From positions 1-5,907 of IMG/VR virus record IMGVR_UViG_3300045988_053242: a stretch of 5,907 nucleotides of DNA; one strand, given 5' to 3'. Numbering within the stretch: position 1 is the first letter of the stretch; each line of letters begins with the position of its first letter. Made by a program: the position numbers and the translations under genes. The notes under the pieces were generated by a model that was given only the letters and a program-made list of their open reading frames with translations, searched no databases and was not told the origin of the DNA. This DNA comes from a virus. Shown here piece after piece: positions 4,381 to 5,907 of the stretch.

Positions 4381-4497
4381 ATGGCACACAGAACCGGAGC
4401 GGGTCGAGGCGACCAAAAACGCTTTACCCAAACAGCAAAGCGAGTAAAAAATATCAACGTCCGGCCGAAAGTCTCGCGAGGCGGCATCCGACTGTAA
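4381..4497 (+). CDS. Small basic DNA-binding/packaging protein (gokushovirus ORF8-like, functional analogue of phiX174 J), 38 aa
   Basis: It is absent from the ORF track because it is under 60 aa. My translation is MAHRTGAGRGDQKRFTQTAKRVKNINVRPKVSRGGIRL. The arginine-rich N-terminus, the F-T-x-T-A-x-R-x-K-x-I-N core and the C-terminal RGGIRL match the pattern I recall for Microviridae ORF8-type proteins. A strong RBS agggggtg (4367-4374) lies 6 nt upstream. TAA stop at 4495-4497. Confidence 0.75.
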   Translation: MAHRTGAGRGDQKRFTQTAKRVKNINVRPKVSRGGIRL

Positions 4498-4528
4498 GCA
4501 ATACAAACAAAAGAAAGGAAGTGACTTA

Positions 4529-4645
4529 ATGGCATTAATCAAAGTCAAGGACGTTAAAGAAGCAATTGCGCTAATGATGAACATTCTTGAAAAGCTCGAC
4601 GAAATCTATCACGCACTGAAGGACGCAAACAAAGAAAAAGAGTAA
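4529..4645 (+). CDS. Hypothetical 38-aa protein (predicted helical, charged C-terminus)
   Basis: ATG 4529 has aaaggaag (4513-4520) 8 nt upstream. The translation is MALIKVKDVKEAIALMMNILEKLDEIYHALKDANKEKE. The TAA at 4643-4645 abuts the VP5 RBS, so the ORF fills the gap between two genes exactly. I recognise no family. Confidence 0.4.
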   Translation: MALIKVKDVKEAIALMMNILEKLDEIYHALKDANKEKE

Positions 4646-4656
4646 AGGAGAAAAAC

Positions 4657-4911
4657 ATGAAACTGAAATTCTATTCGTTCCACGATGCACTGACCAACGG
4701 CTATTCTCAGCCGTTCTTGCAGAACAACCGAGCACAGGCAGTCAGAACGGCACGATGGAAGGCCAACGAGAGCAAGCCCAGTGAAATTGAAGACATTTCA
4801 CTTGTAGAACTGGGAGAATTCGACACGGAAAACGGCTACATGAGCGAAGCAATGCCTGAACACATCGCACGGCTCATCGACCTGAAGGAGACGGCCAATG
4901 TTAAATCCTGA
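4657..4911 (+). CDS. VP5: VP5-like non-structural protein (gokushovirus ORF5 family, proposed gpC-like packaging/replication role)
   Basis: The product is 84 aa, the same size class as Chlamydia-phage ORF5. The pattern F.SF.D......Y..PF.......A.R..........(ED)..L.ELG.FD...G matches my recollection of the family. RBS aaggag (4645-4650) lies 6 nt upstream. Its position between Rep and scaffold is typical. Confidence 0.6.
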   Translation: MKLKFYSFHDALTNGYSQPFLQNNRAQAVRTARWKANESKPSEIEDISLVELGEFDTENGYMSEAMPEHIARLIDLKETANVKS

Positions 4912-5323
4912 AGTGATGGTGCGTTTCTACGGTATGAAGACAGAGAGAGCGATAAACAATCCGGGCAGCGAAACAGCACCAACGTGGAAAGCAGTTAAGC
5001 GACCGAACGGCACAACCGACTACATCGAGCAACCGGACGAGAACACATACGAAAAAATCCAGAAGGCGGGCGAGGGCTACGACCTTGCAAGCGCAATCGC
5101 ACGACTGGAAGCCGGAGATACCAGCATCAAAGCAAAAAGCATGGTATACACCGAAGGCACTGACCTTGAAAATCTGCCGAAGGACATCATGACAATGCAC
5201 GAAAAAGCAGAAGCTGCAGCCGAAACAATGAAACAGCTGAAACAGGTGCAGCAGACCGAACAGCCGAAGCCGGAAGAGGAAGAAAAAAAGGAAGAGGTGA
5301 AGAAAGACGAACAGAAACAGTGA
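4898..5323 (+). CDS. VP3: Internal scaffolding protein VP3-like
   Basis: It lies directly upstream of VP1. The pattern ..PGS......NG.....E.DENTYEKIQ....YDL...I.RLEAGD.S......Y...TD....P.D resembles gut gokushovirus VP3 as I remember it. ATG 4898 has gaaggag (4884-4890) 7 nt upstream and overlaps the VP5 end by 14 nt. Alternative in-frame ATGs at 4916 and 4934 lack an SD. TGA stop at 5321-5323. Confidence 0.6.
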   Translation: MLNPEVMVRFYGMKTERAINNPGSETAPTWKAVKRPNGTTDYIEQPDENTYEKIQKAGEGYDLASAIARLEAGDTSIKAKSMVYTEGTDLENLPKDIMTMHEKAEAAAETMKQLKQVQQTEQPKPEEEEKKEEVKKDEQKQ

Positions 5324-5348
5324 AAACCATTTTGCACAAGTGCCACGA

Positions 5349-5907
5349 ATGGAACGACCACGAAGCAAATTCGACCGCAGTCACCAGCTCCTAACGACCA
5401 TAAACGAAGGCGAGCTTGTACCCATCTATTGCGATGAAGTACTTCCTGGTGATACAGCACGTGTCCAACTGAACGGGCTTATCCGTATGAGTACGCCCAT
5501 CTATCCAGTAATGGATAACGCGTACATGGACACATATTTCTTCTTTGTTCCGTGCCGTCTGCTGTGGGAACACTGGGAGAACATGTTCGGCGAGAATGAC
5601 ACCGACTATTGGGAAGAAAAGACCGAATACAGCACACCGACTTGCAAAATCGGAGGAACGAGCGGACTGGTTAACGGCAGCATCGGGGACTATTTCGGAC
5701 TGCCGACCGGAATCAAAAATCAAATCAAAGTGAACGCACTGCCGGCAAGAGCGTATGCCATGATATACAACGAGTGGTTTCGTGACGAAAACATTGAAGC
5801 ACCGTTAATGCTAGGCTATAAGAAATCGGATGACGCAGGAACAGAACCAAATCCAGGAAACGCAAACGAAGATTACTACTTAAACAAACCGAGCCTGACG
5901 ACAAACA
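5349..5907 (+). CDS. VP1: Major capsid protein VP1, N-terminal part; runs off the window end and continues at nt 1 of the circle (5809-5907 duplicates 1-99)
   Basis: It is absent from the ORF track because there is no stop in the window. My translation from ATG 5349 is MERPRSKFDRSHQLLTTINEGELVPIYCDEVLPGDTARVQLNGLIRMSTPIYPVMDNAYMDTYFFFVPCRLLWEHWENMFGEN... These are classic Microviridae capsid N-terminal blocks (S.FD.SH, VP....EVLPGDT, R...P...P..DN...D.YFFFVP.RL.W). An in-frame upstream stop lies at 5298-5300. Confidence 0.95.
   Translation, partial: MERPRSKFDRSHQLLTTINEGELVPIYCDEVLPGDTARVQLNGLIRMSTPIYPVMDNAYMDTYFFFVPCRLLWEHWENMFGENDTDYWEEKTEYSTPTCKIGGTSGLVNGSIGDYFGLPTGIKNQIKVNALPARAYAMIYNEWFRDENIEAPLMLGYKKSDDAGTEPNPGNANEDYYLNKPSLTTN
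5809..5907. repeat. Terminal redundancy: copy 2 of the 99-nt exact direct repeat (identical to 1-99)
   Basis: See copy 1; identity was checked base by base. Confidence 0.95.

Noticed and set aside
4323-4529. 68-aa + strand ORF overlapping the peptidase 3' end
   Set aside because: A different frame starting at 4381 has a strong RBS and encodes a recognisable ORF8/J-like protein. The 68-aa frame has no RBS and no motif.
2598-5723. Minus-strand ORFs antisense to VP4, the cassette, VP3 and VP1 (2598..2870, 2852..3034, 3063..3305, 3461..3721, 4213..4584, 4314..4535, 4901..5368, 5077..5460, 5187..5384, 5391..5723)
   Set aside because: The reasoning is the same as above. There are no RBS-start arrangements and no recognisable motifs, and each is a shadow of a sense-strand gene.
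5545-5733. 62-aa + strand ORF (TTG start) embedded out of frame in VP1; considered as a phiX174 E-like overlapping lysis gene
   Set aside because: The product is hydrophilic and basic with no transmembrane helix. It has a weak start and no RBS. Off-frame ORFs are expected in this T-poor strand.

Overview
The window is a complete, circularly permuted genome of a small ssDNA phage of the family Microviridae, with a Gokushovirinae-like gene set. Nt 1-99 are repeated exactly at 5809-5907, so the unit genome is 5,808 nt. The major capsid gene starts at 5349 and wraps across the window end to stop at 1160. All convincing genes are on the + strand. Their order is VP1 (capsid), an intrinsic terminator, VP2 (pilot/minor capsid), a 515-nt non-coding control region, VP4 (HUH rolling-circle Rep), a doubtful basic ORF, an AT-rich two-gene cassette with its own promoter (orf72 plus an M15 zinc peptidoglycan peptidase), a 38-aa ORF8/J-like DNA-binding protein that the ORF track missed, a 38-aa ORF, VP5-like, and VP3-like scaffold. 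Two parts are not ordinary microvirus content. The first is the non-coding region at 2057-2571, about 9% of the genome, which is large for this compact family. It holds three GC-rich hairpins with competing pairings, a Z-DNA-prone alternating tract, an array of 8-9 TTCAACA iterons including an exact 21-nt repeat, three CAACAAGTT motifs, and an 11-bp hairpin abutting the Rep start. The second is the compositionally foreign cassette at about 3700-4378, a near-consensus extended -10 promoter driving an unknown 72-aa protein and an endolysin-like peptidase with no holin or signal peptide in sight. All homology calls rest on remembered family motifs, since no database search was possible. Minus-strand ORFs are treated as artefacts of a strong A>>T skew.
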